DNA of 63,779 bases, filler included, from Rhabdomonas costata (lineage: Eukaryota): NCBI GenBank assembly GCA_019059605.1. It is 36 parts of 36 records of this genome, joined end to end, with 100 filler letters (N's around TTAATTAATTAA, not from the genome) between each part and the next. Parts side by side here need not be neighbours in the genome. Positions count along the whole stretch, not along the records: positions 33,718 to 35,391 come from JAHMHO010010857.1; positions 35,492 to 37,166 come from JAHMHO010010858.1; positions 37,267 to 38,941 come from JAHMHO010010859.1; positions 39,042 to 40,715 come from JAHMHO010010860.1; positions 40,816 to 42,490 come from JAHMHO010010861.1; positions 42,591 to 44,264 come from JAHMHO010010862.1; positions 44,365 to 46,039 come from JAHMHO010010863.1; positions 46,140 to 47,813 come from JAHMHO010010864.1; 28 more parts are not named here. The stretch is one strand, 5' to 3'. The notes below the pieces were generated by a model, which was not told where the DNA came from, did no database searches, and worked only from the letters and a program-made list of their open reading frames with translations. This document shows, piece after piece, positions 34,292-47,362 of this stretch (positions within the stretch are counted from its first letter, which is position 1; every line of letters begins with the position of its first letter). The translations under genes were made by a program, and so were the position numbers.

Positions 34292-37200
34292 TTTCTTGTA
34301 AAGGAGAACCCAGCCCTGACCGTAAGCTAAGAAAGGTTCAACGACATAGTCAACAATGATCAAGACAACAAACCGTGACCCCACCCACTCAAAGGTTAAT
34401 CAAAGCACTGACACAGCGGTGGCACGTGAAAAAATCCCTTATTTTGAAAGTGCCGGTTTCATAAAGCGCATAACGTGGATGAGCAAGTTGTTTTCACACC
34501 GAAGCAGAAAATGGTCACCGCTCGTCGCTCGGATCGAGGGGATCCTCTATGTTCCACTGAAACTCAAAAACGAAAAAGGAGCCATAGTGACCCAAAACCA
34601 TTATGTATGAGCAGACCCCTCACGACTCTACTCTTCTCAACTGTCCGTTCATTTCCCCTTCGCAGGGGTTCGGTTCGGTTGGGTGAGTCCAGAGAGATTT
34701 CGGAATGAACAGGGTCAAGAGCCGCGAAAACGAGAGCAATACGCACTGTGGTGGCCATGAAACGCAGAGCCCCCGAAAACGCACGAGAAATGAAGGATAC
34801 CGAATGATTTCTGGTGCACAAACGGCTTTTGTGCACTACGCTCAACCAGGGGCGAAGGGGACACGCAAGACAGAGGGCGATGGGACGCGCACTGCAGCGA
34901 GGATGTGTACACCCACACACACGCAAAAGAGGAAACAGGAAAAACGGGGAAGGCTTCAACCCAAACAAGGTCCTAAAAACAAAAGAATGTGGAAAGGCAC
35001 AAAGGAAAAAGAGATAAGAGCAGAAGTAAGCCCCCTCCAGTGCTGAGCAATCCGAGATGACAGCGGAAGAGAGAGAGAGAGAAAAGCATCAGGGAGCACT
35101 GCGCAGGACACGAAAGGGTAGCGTCCCGAAAAGAATTTCGTCTCAAACGGAGCATGTCCCGCGACAAACACGTTCCCAGAGATCCCAGGCGGGCCCATGA
35201 CGTCCTGCGCTCTCCTTTGCAAGCAAACCAAAACTTTTGCAATGCTTGAAATCCCATGATGAATCAAGAAAAAGTCACTTCGCACAGTTAACCCGCACAA
35301 ACCCTAAATCACCGGGAGGAAGTTATCCCTCCAGGTGACACAAAAAAGAGCATGCAGAGCCACAAATGGAAATGTTGTGGGTCTGCACGGCNNNNNNNNN
35401 NNNNNNNNNNNNNNNNNNNNNNNNNNNNNNNNNNNTTAATTAATTAANNNNNNNNNNNNNNNNNNNNNNNNNNNNNNNNNNNNNNNNNNNNGTGTGTGAC
35501 TTTCTTCCCATTGCGTTCCCCTGGACACTGGGAAACAAAAGTTTCCCAAAGAAAGAGAAAGAGGTCTATTTAGAAAATGGTCCTCCCGGACACAATCACC
35601 ATTGCTTTGACTGTGTGGCGATTTTAGAAAGGGAAGCTTCACTTAAAAATTCAGAAGATAGGCAGTGGGTCGACGCTGCGTGAAATGGGATTGTGTTGGT
35701 CAACGAAATGAGTTTCAAAACTTACCGAGGATCACTTATTTCTGAAATTACGGTGTGACATTATGCTCATCACCTGTGAGCACTTGTGAGCGATCTACCA
35801 ATTGTATTCATTGTATTCATCGCCGCGCAAAACGTACGCATTTTCAGAAAGAATAGTTGTAAAAAAATTGCCTTCACTTTCCTGCCAAGCGAAAGGAGAG
35901 GGCCGAAGTTGATTTCCATTGTACCGTTATAGTTCCGACCGCTATAGGGTGCCCACAACCCAATGGAGGAGGGCTAAAGCTACCAAAGATTCGCTCCAAC
36001 TCCAGGACCAGCACTAGCCTGCCCTGGAATCCCACCGCCAGGCACGAGTCATGGCGCGCGGCGACAAACGAGAAGGCCAGTCCGTCACCACTCGTCACCT
36101 GTGGGGGCACCCGTACCTACTGGTCCTCAAAAAACTCCAAAACAGGAGGGATTTGCGAGTCATAAAAGACGTTTCGTTCCGAAACGTGCGTTCTGCGCGA
36201 GTACAAGGAATGTCAAAGTCCAAGTTCCACGCATTTCGCATCCCCACAGGGTTCACGTTTAGAGGTCTTTGCGTGGGGAGGCAGGGAGGGTGTGATCACA
36301 CAGACAAGGTGGCAATGATATATAAAGTCTCTGAGTATTGTGTGTTTGTGCGAATGTCAAGGTGTCTATGCGCAAAACTTCAGTTGAAGATGGTAGTGTA
36401 TGTTGGGGGGGGGGCTCAGCAAGTCAGCAAAGTTGTGTATCCTCAAAGTTTAACAACTTTTGAACGAATTAACGACGTTCAATCGTTTAATTCCCCCCCT
36501 GCCCCCAATGCGTCCGACCCTTGACGTTGGAAATGGACGGTGGTGGTGTTGGGGGAGAAGACGTTGCCAGTGGTAACTAAAAACCGACGGAAATATACCA
36601 GCATGCAAATACAAAAAATATGCAATGACGGGAAGACACTAGTTCTCGAACAGAGCAGGGTGCAGAATTACTGTCCCTCGGGTCGCTTGAAAAACGCTTG
36701 CTTGACTCGCTTCTATGCATAGTTACACAAAGGAAACAAAAAGCGCACCATGGACTGCCAAAATAGGATCGGCCGGCGGTCGTGCTCCGTTCGAGTTTTG
36801 TACACCGAGTTCTGCGGCGAAATGCTCGAGATCAGTTTTGCTGTTCTTTGAAGAGAATCGGCCAATTAACATGGGGTTCGATGGAAACGCACATTCCCGA
36901 GGGGTTGCATCAGTTATGAAGTTCAAATGCAGGTGGTAGGACACCAAGCCCCCCCGCCCCCACACACTACCTGGCCAGAGTTGGGTACCACAGAGATCCC
37001 CAAAGGAATCTCTTCACATCCCACCAGTACACAGGCCCAGCACACGATGACGCAGTGCAGTAGAGGTGCGGAAGCAAGGGAAGGCCCAAGGGATAGCCAT
37101 CGTCTCTCGTGACCCATAGGAGCCACCTCTCAGATGGCACAAAATCAGATACAACGAACAAAACCCNNNNNNNNNNNNNNNNNNNNNNNNNNNNNNNNNN

Positions 37201-37374
37201 NNNNNNNNNNTTAATTAATTAANNNNNNNNNNNNNNNNNNNNNNNNNNNNNNNNNNNNNNNNNNNNTACAAGCACATCTCTTCTGCTACCAATATCTCTC
37301 CCGGCAGACGAGAAAACCCCCAGGCGAGAACACAGCCACAACAACCACAACCACAACCACTATGAGCTACTCAC

Positions 37375-38262
37375 GCGGAACCATCCTCCAGCTCCTCCGG
37401 GACCTCTTCCAGCTCCTCCGAGCCCCTCAAGCTCGCAAACAGGGGATTCTTCACCAAAGACGCGGCGTAGGTCCGGGGAAGGCCGGTGGACCCCACCAGG
37501 GCATCCACTTCGAGGTCCTCGTCATACTTCGACAGCAGCTCTGGGACCTCCGCGGCGAGGGCGGTGAGCACGTCCGCTATCTGATCCTCATCCACCTCCA
37601 CAGGAAACGGGTTTTCCTCCCCTTCCAGCCTGTCTCCTGGAAGAGTTCCCTCTCCGGTGTTGTCGAAGGGCACCTCCAGCTCCGCTTCGGCGCAGCCCTG
37701 ATCGGGCTGTGAAGAGGGGCTGCCCTCAGAGGGCTCAGCTCGCGTAGATAGGGCCCGCAGGTAGTCACCCTGGGAATCGTTGCAGGTCTCGTCCACCTCG
37801 GCCACAGGTACAGTTTGATCCTCGTGGGTGTCACTGAGCGCAGGCTGGTAGGAAAGCTCCCGCAAGCCACTTCGTCGGGGAACCACCTTGAACAATACCG
37901 CACCCACTTCTTCAAAAAAAAGCACACGACGGTGAAAAACGCACGTGTTGCTACTCTGTTGAGGGCTTCTAGGCAACGTCGGATTCAAGGATGGGATGGC
38001 CCACAGGCCCTTGAAAAACAATAATACAGCACAATGGAACGCTCGGAAACGACAACGTTCACAAGGCGCGCTGAGCATGACAAGAAGCCAAAAATATTAC
38101 GATCATACAAACAGAAACTCGCATACCAAAGGCCGCTCTGCAGGCTTGGTGCGGGTCACGCTCCAGGGAAGGGTGTGTGGGGTAGTCTGGACAATCAGAG
38201 CAAAGGTGGACTTGTTCACGAGTTCCTCCCGGAGTTTGTCCTGCACTGCCTCGCGCACAGAG
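37375..38262 (-). CDS. Unknown acidic protein, exons 38262-38127 and 37886-37375
   Basis: SVREAVQDKLREEL...AERPL joins VVPRRSGLREL...EELEEVPEELEDGS in phase 0; donors GTATGC and GTGAGT. Confidence 0.6.
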
Positions 38263-39248
38263 CTGAGGACACCGCCCCCACCTCAAACAACAGTTCACTC
38301 CCGCCCCTTACGTGTGCCCCAACTTCTCACCATAAGGCGTGGCGTGGCGGCGGGCAGTGGCGTGTGCCGAGTGCAGAGCGGTTTCCGGGTCCGGGGCGTT
38401 GTTAGGTGTTTTGAAAACCAGCGTAGTGTCGGGGTTGGGTCCCCCCCCAAGCACCGGCGTAGACATGGAAAGAGCGTCGGAAAAAAGGTGCCCTCCATTT
38501 GCAGGTGGTATAGATTCTAACCGAAAAAGAACTACTAAACTGGAGTTAAAGTTCCGGCTCTTCTTGGGCTATCCAGAAACGATCAAAGACAAAAACAAAA
38601 ACAAAATCTTGAGTACAACAATGTTGTGGCTGTGTTCTCGCCTGGGGGTTTTCTCGTCTGCCGGGAGAGATATTGGTAGCAGAAGAGATGTGCTTGTATT
38701 TGTAGGCTTGCGCATGCGTGTGGTTGTCTGTGCGTCTTCAAACGAATACGTGTGTTGGTCTTTGCGTGTGCAAGAATGTGCGTATCATGTTGTTAACCTC
38801 AGAAGCTGTGGTATATGCTCAGTTTCTATGGGCTGCGAACACATCCGAACTGTCGGGTGATATTAGCTGCAGGCTTTTTTTGCGGTGAGGGGGTGAAAGA
38901 TGGCATGAAAGATTGAAGTCACACCCTTTCCACCACACACCNNNNNNNNNNNNNNNNNNNNNNNNNNNNNNNNNNNNNNNNNNNNTTAATTAATTAANNN
39001 NNNNNNNNNNNNNNNNNNNNNNNNNNNNNNNNNNNNNNNNNGGGTTTTTGGTATTTTGAAAGCCCCGCTTGGTATTGCCCTGACAGATTTGCCCTTTGGG
39101 AAAACTCCACAAGGTTGCGTAGCAGAGTACCGTCAGGAAAACTCAAAATTTCTCCTCCCTGGACACGACGATAACACAATCGAGAGGTGAGATGACAATG
39201 ATGGCTGACCTCACAAAACTATCAGCACCCTCGACAGGCTCTTACCCA

Positions 39249-39272
39249 ACACACACACACACACCCAAACAC

Positions 39273-39306
<34 letters not shown>
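39249..39306 (+). repeat. (CA)n microsatellite (another at about 41677-41722)
   Basis: Interrupted CA dinucleotide run. Confidence 0.9.
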
Positions 39307-39308
<2 letters not shown>

Positions 39309-39621
39309 GCGGCATATTAGCCAATTCTTCAACCGCAGCAAAAAAAAAGCAAGAACTGGGCTACATGGGCACACGACTCCGAAAAAGCATAAGTCCACGC
39401 ATAAAAAAGTCACTGGCACCACAGTGCAAAACGTCTCAGCGGCCAAATTCGAAACTGAGCACGACAGCGCACGCCGAAGGGGTGGAAGCCGAGAGCATTG
39501 TCTGGACTTGACCGCACACAAAGTCGAACATTAAATCAGAGGTCAGAGGGAAAGAGAACCTTTTGCGAGAAAGCCAACTTGGGTGACCCAAAGCTCCGGC
39601 AGCACTTCCTCCAGTCCCAGG

Positions 39622-39924
39622 TCACGGAGGAAGCAGCCAAGTTCGGAGCGAGAGGTCGCGTCCCCCGCTCACAGCAACCTCACCGCTCACCGCACAGCAG
39701 CACACTCGATCGGTGTGGCCAAGAAAGGTAACAAGTTCTTTGACGATTCGCATGTCCCACACCTTAACGGTGCGGTCCCAACTCGCGGTGACCACTCGCC
39801 GCTCAAATGTGTCCGCGAACACCGCCTCCTGCACCACACCACTGTGCCCGCGCAAGGAAACCTCCTTCAGCCCAGAGCGGGCATCCCACAGCGCTGCGGC
39901 AGAGTTCGCGCATCCCGAGAGAAC
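39622..39924 (-). CDS. WD40-repeat protein, probable terminal exon
   Basis: LRGHSGVV...VTASWDRTVKVWD...FLGHTDRVCCC...VSGGRDLSLRTW, preceded by a CAG acceptor. Confidence 0.9.
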   Translation of the reverse strand, partial: VLSGCANSAAALWDARSGLKEVSLRGHSGVVQEAVFADTFERRVVTASWDRTVKVWDMRIVKELVTFLGHTDRVCCCAVSGEVAVSGGRDLSLRTWLLPP

Positions 39925-41338
39925 CTGAGGGAAGGCACTCCGCAAGAAAACCAGAAAAAAAATTGGGAGTTGTTAAAAAGAGAAGGGGCGAAAGTGCATT
40001 TTGGGGACCCCCCCATATATGGTGCATTTTACGGACTTAGGTATGGATGCATTGAGGATACGTTGCGGGGGGGGGGGCTCCGCCCCCCAGCACGTGCACT
40101 GCCACCTCGCCTCTGTGGCACTTCTATCTTGTCCTAGCGGGCACGTGGATAGACACCTGACCCCATGCGATGCCTTCGGTTATGTTCTAATAGGTGGACG
40201 AGACGTTCACCCTGCAGGGTCCGTAAAATGCTCTGTAAATGGGGGAGCGGTCCCCGAAATGCACTTTACAGGGGTGTGGGAGACGCTAACCGGTATCGAT
40301 GGGTACCCAGGTTCCCCGGCTTCCGCCTGTTTTTATAAAGCCGTGAATAATCAAATGATTTCAGCAAATGATCCGTGGGGGACTGAGAGGCGATGCACGT
40401 ATCACCTGAGATTCCGATAAACGGAAATTATTACGGGATCCGTTCAGCTCCGGGACCCAGGATCCCACGCTCGGCTACTTACTGTTTTTTTTGGCTTTAA
40501 TAAACCACATGAGGACTGAGCAGGGCAAGGGGGGAGGATTGACTCCCGCTCCGCCAAAACTGATTCTAACCAGATAACCAGAGCTCAAGGAATATCAAGA
40601 AATATCGAAAAATTCGATTTTTCCGAAAAATTCGAACAATGCATTATTAATTAGTAAGACCGCCACGTTAACGCAAGAAAAAAACGACCACACATTCACG
40701 TATATACACACAACANNNNNNNNNNNNNNNNNNNNNNNNNNNNNNNNNNNNNNNNNNNNTTAATTAATTAANNNNNNNNNNNNNNNNNNNNNNNNNNNNN
40801 NNNNNNNNNNNNNNNTGTTTGTGGGCTCAGCTGTTCGGAGAGGGGGGAGACGCTTGCTTTTTTTTTGAAAGACGCCAATACTGAGAACAGAATGAGATCG
40901 CAAGATCCCAAGAACCGCTGCAAGCGGCGAGAAGCACTGCAGGGTCCCACTTGGTACTAGCGCGAAGTTAACCCCACTTTCGCTTTCCTTTTTGGATGGA
41001 AGGAAAAGCAAAAAGGTTTTAACTTCCCATAGAAGCAGAAGTTTGAGAGCTCAAGAAGTTCTCTTAAGGTCGGCTGAGGGTTCACCAGAGTCAGGAAGCC
41101 TCGTTCCATGGTGTATCCAAATCTTGGCAACCTTTTCACATCGACCCGAAAAAGCGCACCTGGCTTAGGGACAGTTGGGAGAGGGAGAGGGGCGTTATAT
41201 ATACACCGCGGGCAATTTGGATGTGCACCGTAATCCAACCACTTGGGAAAATCCTGTTGCTGTTCAGGAAAGTACATATCTCCAAATCCCAGCAAAATCT
41301 CGACTGAGATATCAGAGAAAACTGCAATTTCATTGCAG

Positions 41339-41995
41339 GTGCATCGTCCTCTGCAAAACGACTACTGAAATATCAGCAGCGATCATGGGCCTGCGCTGGT
41401 CGCCTTGGCAGTTATTTTGGTTTATTTTAGTTGTTTTGGCAGTTATTCCGGGTGCCTTATAGCGCACATTGTGGACCTTTGCACGCTGATGCTCGCGCCG
41501 GCCCTCCTTGCGGTTGCGGGTACAAACCTAACCCAACTCGAGGTACAACACCTTTCGAAGACCGGCGAGCACCAGACCTGCTTTGCTGCCCAATGCTTTT
41601 CGTCATCGGCGTGCTCATCGAGGTTATCTAGATACTCCCCCAAGGCCTGCACTCCAGCCACCTGCAAGGCGATGTCAACACACACACACACACACACACA
41701 GACACACACACACACACACACACTCCGCAGCAAGGTCGATGTCTGCTGCAACGTTTACTTGGGAGGTATCAACTGCAAAGGAGGCAAGGATGGGGGAGAG
41801 TTGATTTATTTGGGTTCTTCTCTCAGCCTTCAGAAAGACCTGTGGTGGGACGAGGAGACACCGTGTTGTCATCGCTCCACGGGGCCCGTCAGCTGGGAGG
41901 CTTCATGGCAGCGCATGGGCAGAACGGGCCGAACCTGCGAGGGGTGGGTCTTTCGTGCCATACTTGCACAGGAGTTCGAGAATATCGAGAAGATG
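41339..41995 (+). CDS. DExH/DEAH RNA helicase fragment, possibly degenerate (exons from 41339, and 41827-41995)
   Basis: VSWEASWQRMGRTGRTCEGWVFR is motif VI (QRxGRxGR). Upstream RCIVLCKTTTEISAAIMGLR lies where motif V (TNIAETSITI) is expected. Confidence 0.7.
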
Positions 41996-43320
41996 GTGTG
42001 CGGCTGCTTTTTTGTGTGTGTGCATGAGAATCGCTCTTTCTCTCCATCACAGAAGAGGAAAGTACTTGAGAGTACTGCTCTACGAATTAAAACGTTAAGA
42101 GGCTGACTCAACCGCAGCACATAACCCTGGCTGTACCCCAACAACCATAAACGCATATCATTCCCTCTTCAGAACTTTGCGATGGTGGCTTTCGCGATGA
42201 TTGTTGATGTTGTGTAGCATACTCAATGGCTAAAGTCGGAGCGACACTTAACACACCAACTAGCCATCCTGCTTGTACACACTCCTCCGCCTTGCTCAAA
42301 TTTTTGCTTTCCATTTGGGTTTGGCCTACTGAAGCCCACTGAATGAACGCACGCTGCAACAGGTGGTTGAGTCCCGCCCAACCAGGGTATGGACGCGGAT
42401 GGAGAATTCATAGGCCTGGGGCATTCGTGCACACCCGTTCGAAGAACTGTAGTGCAAAAGTCGCACTTGCGCTCGACAGCATAACCAACCNNNNNNNNNN
42501 NNNNNNNNNNNNNNNNNNNNNNNNNNNNNNNNNNTTAATTAATTAANNNNNNNNNNNNNNNNNNNNNNNNNNNNNNNNNNNNNNNNNNNNGGTTGGGTGT
42601 GTGTTTGGGGGCGGGTCGGTATTATTTGTCCTCTTCTGGGTGTGTACAGATGGAGGCTGCTTGTGTGTTTCCTCTTCGTGGTTGCATAGCTCCTTTTTTT
42701 GCATGCGGATGTATGTTTGTAGGTTTTGTGCATCCAAGGGGGTGGATATTTCATTTGCTGCCTGAGAAGGAAAGGGGGGACCTGCTCATCTTGGATACAG
42801 TCCACAGATGGAATTGAGGATCGGGGTTCACTGTGTCACCCCTTCTTGTAACGTGAGGTGAGGTATTTTGGCAGATGTGTGGTTTTCTATCTTCTCATCC
42901 TTCCCCCCTTTCATTACTGCGTGTCTTCCCTCGGCATGCAGCGCTTTCCTGTGAGTTTCACGCATGGAACCCCGTGTGGTGCTTGTGTTCTATGTCCGTC
43001 CGTGGGCGGTGTTTTTTCCCATTTTTGCGGACGGCCTTCCGTTGCTCACGAAATGGGCCAACGAATATGAAGGTATGCTCCGACCGGGACTGTTTTTTTG
43101 GTACAGTGCTGTGCTTGACATCATGGTAGATATCCAGATGAGGGAAGGCTCCAACCTTCTTCCATCGGTGAGAATTGGCCCCAGCTGCAGCTGTGGACAT
43201 CTGCGGGCAACTAAGAGCAGAAAATGGACATGATTCCTGCGTCAAATGTCCTCGGGAGCAGTTGCATTGAGTGTGACGTTTTTCTTTCAGTTGTTTCATT
43301 CACAGCTACATTTTTCAAGA

Positions 43321-44264
43321 ATGAGCAGCTTGTTGGAAGCTTTTGGACCACAACTTCAACAGCTACCTTCCCATCATGCCAGGGTTCGCTTTGTGGTTCA
43401 AGAAACACAGCGGCTGGGTAAAGACCGTGTCCACGCGATTCTTCAGAAGACTGGCACAGCCGACGCCTTTGAGGCGTTGTGGGCCGTTCACGCGGCACAA
43501 ATCACCCGGGACGAACGGGTACTGACGAGCATGATGGATGCCCACGAGAGCTTCTTTGTTCGCCGCCGTGCCGCCAGTGCGCTATGCAAGCTGAAGGCCT
43601 TTGAGGTTCTTAAGCACCGCGTTTTGGACGAGGAGACCCCTACCGAGCTCAAAGACCATATCTTCGGACTTCTGGTACGCTCGGGAGGAAAGGCAGTCAC
43701 GGAAGAGCTTGTTCAGTGGTGCTTCACATCTCGAGGTGTGGGGAAGGCTGCCGTTGCGGCCTGCCACAGCGACGATCTGGCGCTGATTTTGAAGTGGACT
43801 ACCCAGGGCCTAAGTCACCTGCCCCGGTGCGGCGTCAAAGAAAGGGGGGCCTTTACCTCAGCAATTCAACGGTTCCCCACAATAGCGGAGACCTGGCTTC
43901 GCACCCCAGGATGCCAGCAATGGGTTCAGGAGCTAGTATTCTGGTATATAAAGAAGGACCGCAGGGAACTTTTCCTTCAAGTCTACCTGGAATGCGATCA
44001 TCTGGACGCAACGTGGTTTGTGAAGCAGTACATCCCCATCTCCGACCAGGTGGAGCGGATTGAGTACACGCCCTCCAGCGAGCAGCGAGCAAAGCTATAC
44101 GTGAAGCTATGCGAAAGGCAAGACAACTTCCGCGAGTCCTATGCTTCTCTGTGCCGCTCAATTGCCAAGCACGACCGGGCGAAGATGCTGGAGACCGTCG
44201 TTCATACTTCTCAGAGGTCCCCGAAGGTACTGAACGATCGAGATGCTCTTGCACACCAACACCC
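43321..44264 (+). CDS. Alpha-helical/HEAT-like protein, 3'-truncated, intron-less over more than 940 bp
   Basis: Long open frame from ATG 43321 after T-rich AG tracts; HEAT-like ESFFVRRRAASALCKL. Confidence 0.75.
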
Positions 44265-44605
44265 NNNNNNNNNNNNNNNNNNNNNNNNNNNNNNNNNNNN
44301 NNNNNNNNTTAATTAATTAANNNNNNNNNNNNNNNNNNNNNNNNNNNNNNNNNNNNNNNNNNNNTGTTGTTGGGTGAGAGTTCCTCTCTTCATTGCTTTT
44401 ATTGACAGGAGAGGTGCAACTTCACTGCGCATCGTTTGGAGATACGGTGATGCGATTTCTCCTTCCTCCTCTGGTGCCGCTCAAATGCGCAAGTCAAAGA
44501 GTGGATGGACCTTTTCGGGTAAGCGAAAGCAGCTGCGCTCCTCTTGACTTCCTGGAAGCCCAGCCACAGCCGCTCTGCAGCCCAGTCCCACGGTTGCCCT
44601 TTCAG

Positions 44606-45496
44606 GGAAGGATTACTTGGGCGCCATGGCCGCTGCCGCCAACTTCGCGTTCTGCAACCGCAGCATCATGGCCGCCCGGGCCCGCAAGGCCTTTGAGCAG
44701 GTGCGTTTTAATTTCTATCCGCACCCTCTGTTGCGTGGCCTCCCTTGGCATTGAAAATAAAGCTGCTTCTATTTGTGTGTAAGCCTAGGGGTCCTTTCAG
44801 TCATGGTTTCTCCTTTTCCGAACTCTGTCTTGTTTCTTTTGTATTTTCAGGTCTTCAAGAAGCCCCCTGAAATGTTGGACATGCACGTCATCTACGATGT
44901 ATGTGCACGCCTTGCGGAGAGCGAAAAAGGCGGTGTCTGGGTTGAATGTTTGGCAACGTGAGCATATCCATGTTGTAAAATTTACCCGAGAACTGCCAAG
45001 AATATCATCGGGGAAATGTGGTGGGGTTGCTCAGGTGTGCCACAACATCGCCAAGTTCGAGGAGCACACCGTGAACGGGCAGAAAAAGCGTGTACTGGCA
45101 TGCCGCTGCCTTCGCTGCCTGCGCGGTTCAAGGCTTCGTCTCTGAAAAAAAAAGGGGGGGGGGCAACTTTTTTGGCGATCATATGCTCCGCCAATGGCAG
45201 TGGTGTGGTAACCGCATTAGTTTTATCCGCAATGTCATTGTCTTTGGGCCAGCCTGTTTTCGAAGGTGTGCAGCGCCCCTCCCCCCGCTCACGATGGGGA
45301 TCGCTAGCTCGCTTTTCACCGGTCAGACCGTCCTTCCGTTCGGCGGTTTGTTTGCACGAACGAGTCTCACGTGCGTTTTTGTGTATGTGTTTGCATACGT
45401 GGGAGTTTCTGCTTCATGGTGCTGGGCTCAGGTGCACCGCAAGGGCGCTACACGAGCGTTCCCTCCGGGGCACCCTGACGTCCCGCATTGCTACCG
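44606..45496 (+). CDS. RTCB: RtcB RNA/tRNA-splicing ligase, exons 44606-44700, 44851-44898, 45035-45097, 45432-45496
   Basis: [18 protein letters not shown]...[41 protein letters not shown] matches RtcB motifs YDVSHNIAK and VHRKGSTRAFPP. The third intron is GC-AG. Confidence 0.96.
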
Positions 45497-47096
45497 GTGT
45501 GATGCTCCGATCTTGTGCCACTCTCACACTAAGAGCACACATCCCCACTCCTTTCCGAACCGTTTACCCATCCCACTATCCCGAAGAAGATGAATTTGAC
45601 GCTGCCCACATCCAGTCACGCTACTGCTTTTGCTGGTCCCTTTCCGTTCGCTGAACGACCCTTACAGGGTTTTTTACACAGGAGCGCCCCTCTCTCCATG
45701 GGTGGCTCCCGACATGTCTCGGGAAGGATCCCGCGAGTGCTGGTTGATTATACGGAGAGAACTACCGAAATCACGCATGACCTTCCCTGTTAACAGGCAC
45801 CGTTTTACGCCAACGCAATTGCACTCGCTCGCACGCATGCGCACACGCATACACTTTTAGGAGTGATTGCTTTTAAACACCTGTCTCAGAAAATAACGTT
45901 AGCTTCCTCAGCGTACCTCAGCTGCGAAAGAAAAACATGAAAAGACAGTGCCCAGTTTTAGACACTCAGAGATTCCGCTCACATAAACGATATGACAAGT
46001 AAGAGAAAAGTGTCTTTTTGGATGTTTCCACAACCCAACNNNNNNNNNNNNNNNNNNNNNNNNNNNNNNNNNNNNNNNNNNNNTTAATTAATTAANNNNN
46101 NNNNNNNNNNNNNNNNNNNNNNNNNNNNNNNNNNNNNNNCCGCGCAGCGCGGGCGGCCCACCGCGCGGGTAGTGCTGGACGACGGGAGTGTGGTAGATGT
46201 GGACCTGGTGAAGCTGCAGCACGTGGGTTTGCACTCTCAGCAAGTTCCGTGTCCGATCCGCTTCGTACCGGGTAAACGCTCACTTGATTTGTGAGTCAAG
46301 TCCCTGACACCAGCACTTTCTGAGCTTCGCCTTTTTCGCTTTATGTCAGGGAGGCCTGGGAGGATTGCGCTTAATTTGCCCGTGTGTTTTAGCTGTGTGG
46401 ACTCTTCTGATGGTTTAAAGTTTGGTCCCTCCCTCCTTGTCAACTTAGCCCTTTCGAACGTTTGCTCTAACTTTCGCCCGTTTTTCTCCATGCATTTTGA
46501 AGTTTTGAAGTTGAAACTTTCGCAGGACATAGTTGTCCGCATTAAATTCGTGAAAGGTTTGCCCTATAAACGTTAGTGTTGATTGGTGAGAGATGGATGC
46601 TTGAGTTTTTTCGCTGACCCTCTTGATGCAGGAATGCCGGTCTCACCATCTGCGCGGTCCGCCGTTGGCACTGGCGTGCAACAGAGCCCCTTTTCAGTTC
46701 ACTCCCCAGCGCAGCCGAGCTTTTCACCGGCCTTGGCGGTCCCGCTGCGTTTCTCGCCGAAATCCCAAAACCCCGCGGTGCGCTTCTGACCCCGAGTTGT
46801 TCGAATTAGCTTTTCGGGCCCAGCCTGTGGATTTTCAGTCATCTTTAATCCCAGGTGCTGGTGGTTCTTCCTTTTTTCAGTTGGATGTGCCGACTTTGTC
46901 ACACATCATCACGTTTACCTCCGTGCAAGCTTCATAATAACGGCAGGGTGTTTCTTCCTGCTGAGCCCGCGGCATCGGAAGGGTTCTGGACTCCATGCAG
47001 CTTCTTATCCTACTGCTCTTTCCCTCTCCGCTTAGACGGAACCGATGTCCCCGCTGGAGCCCCTTGCCAGCCACTTCTCCTTCTGCCTGAGCGCAG

Positions 47097-47362
47097 AAGC
47101 CCTGGCCCCTCTTTCCGACGAGCCCGAGGACCCCTTGGTGGACAGCCAAACAGCCGCCGCCCAGGCCTCCATCAAGAGGGTGTCGCGGTGGCTGGAGAGC
47201 CTGCAGCGTGATGACAGCTCTGAAGAGGGCGAGGCCTCCTCCGAGGCCGTCTCCGAGGCGACGCGGCCCCACACCCCCTCCTTGGTGGGTGAGGTGTCGA
47301 AGGAACTCCCAGTCTCGACTGCCAGCACCTGGAGACTCAGTTCAAAGATTTTCCCTTCCGAG
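47097..47362 (+). CDS. Probable exon of an unknown Ser/Glu-rich protein
   Basis: GC-rich open frame ALAPLSDEPEDP...KRVSRWLESLQ between a CAG and GAG|GT. Confidence 0.4.

Noticed and set aside
46315..46338. ACTTTCTGAG...TTTTTCG resembling the Euglena spliced-leader exon
   Set aside because: The middle differs and it is followed by CT rather than a GT donor, so it is not supportable as an SL RNA gene.
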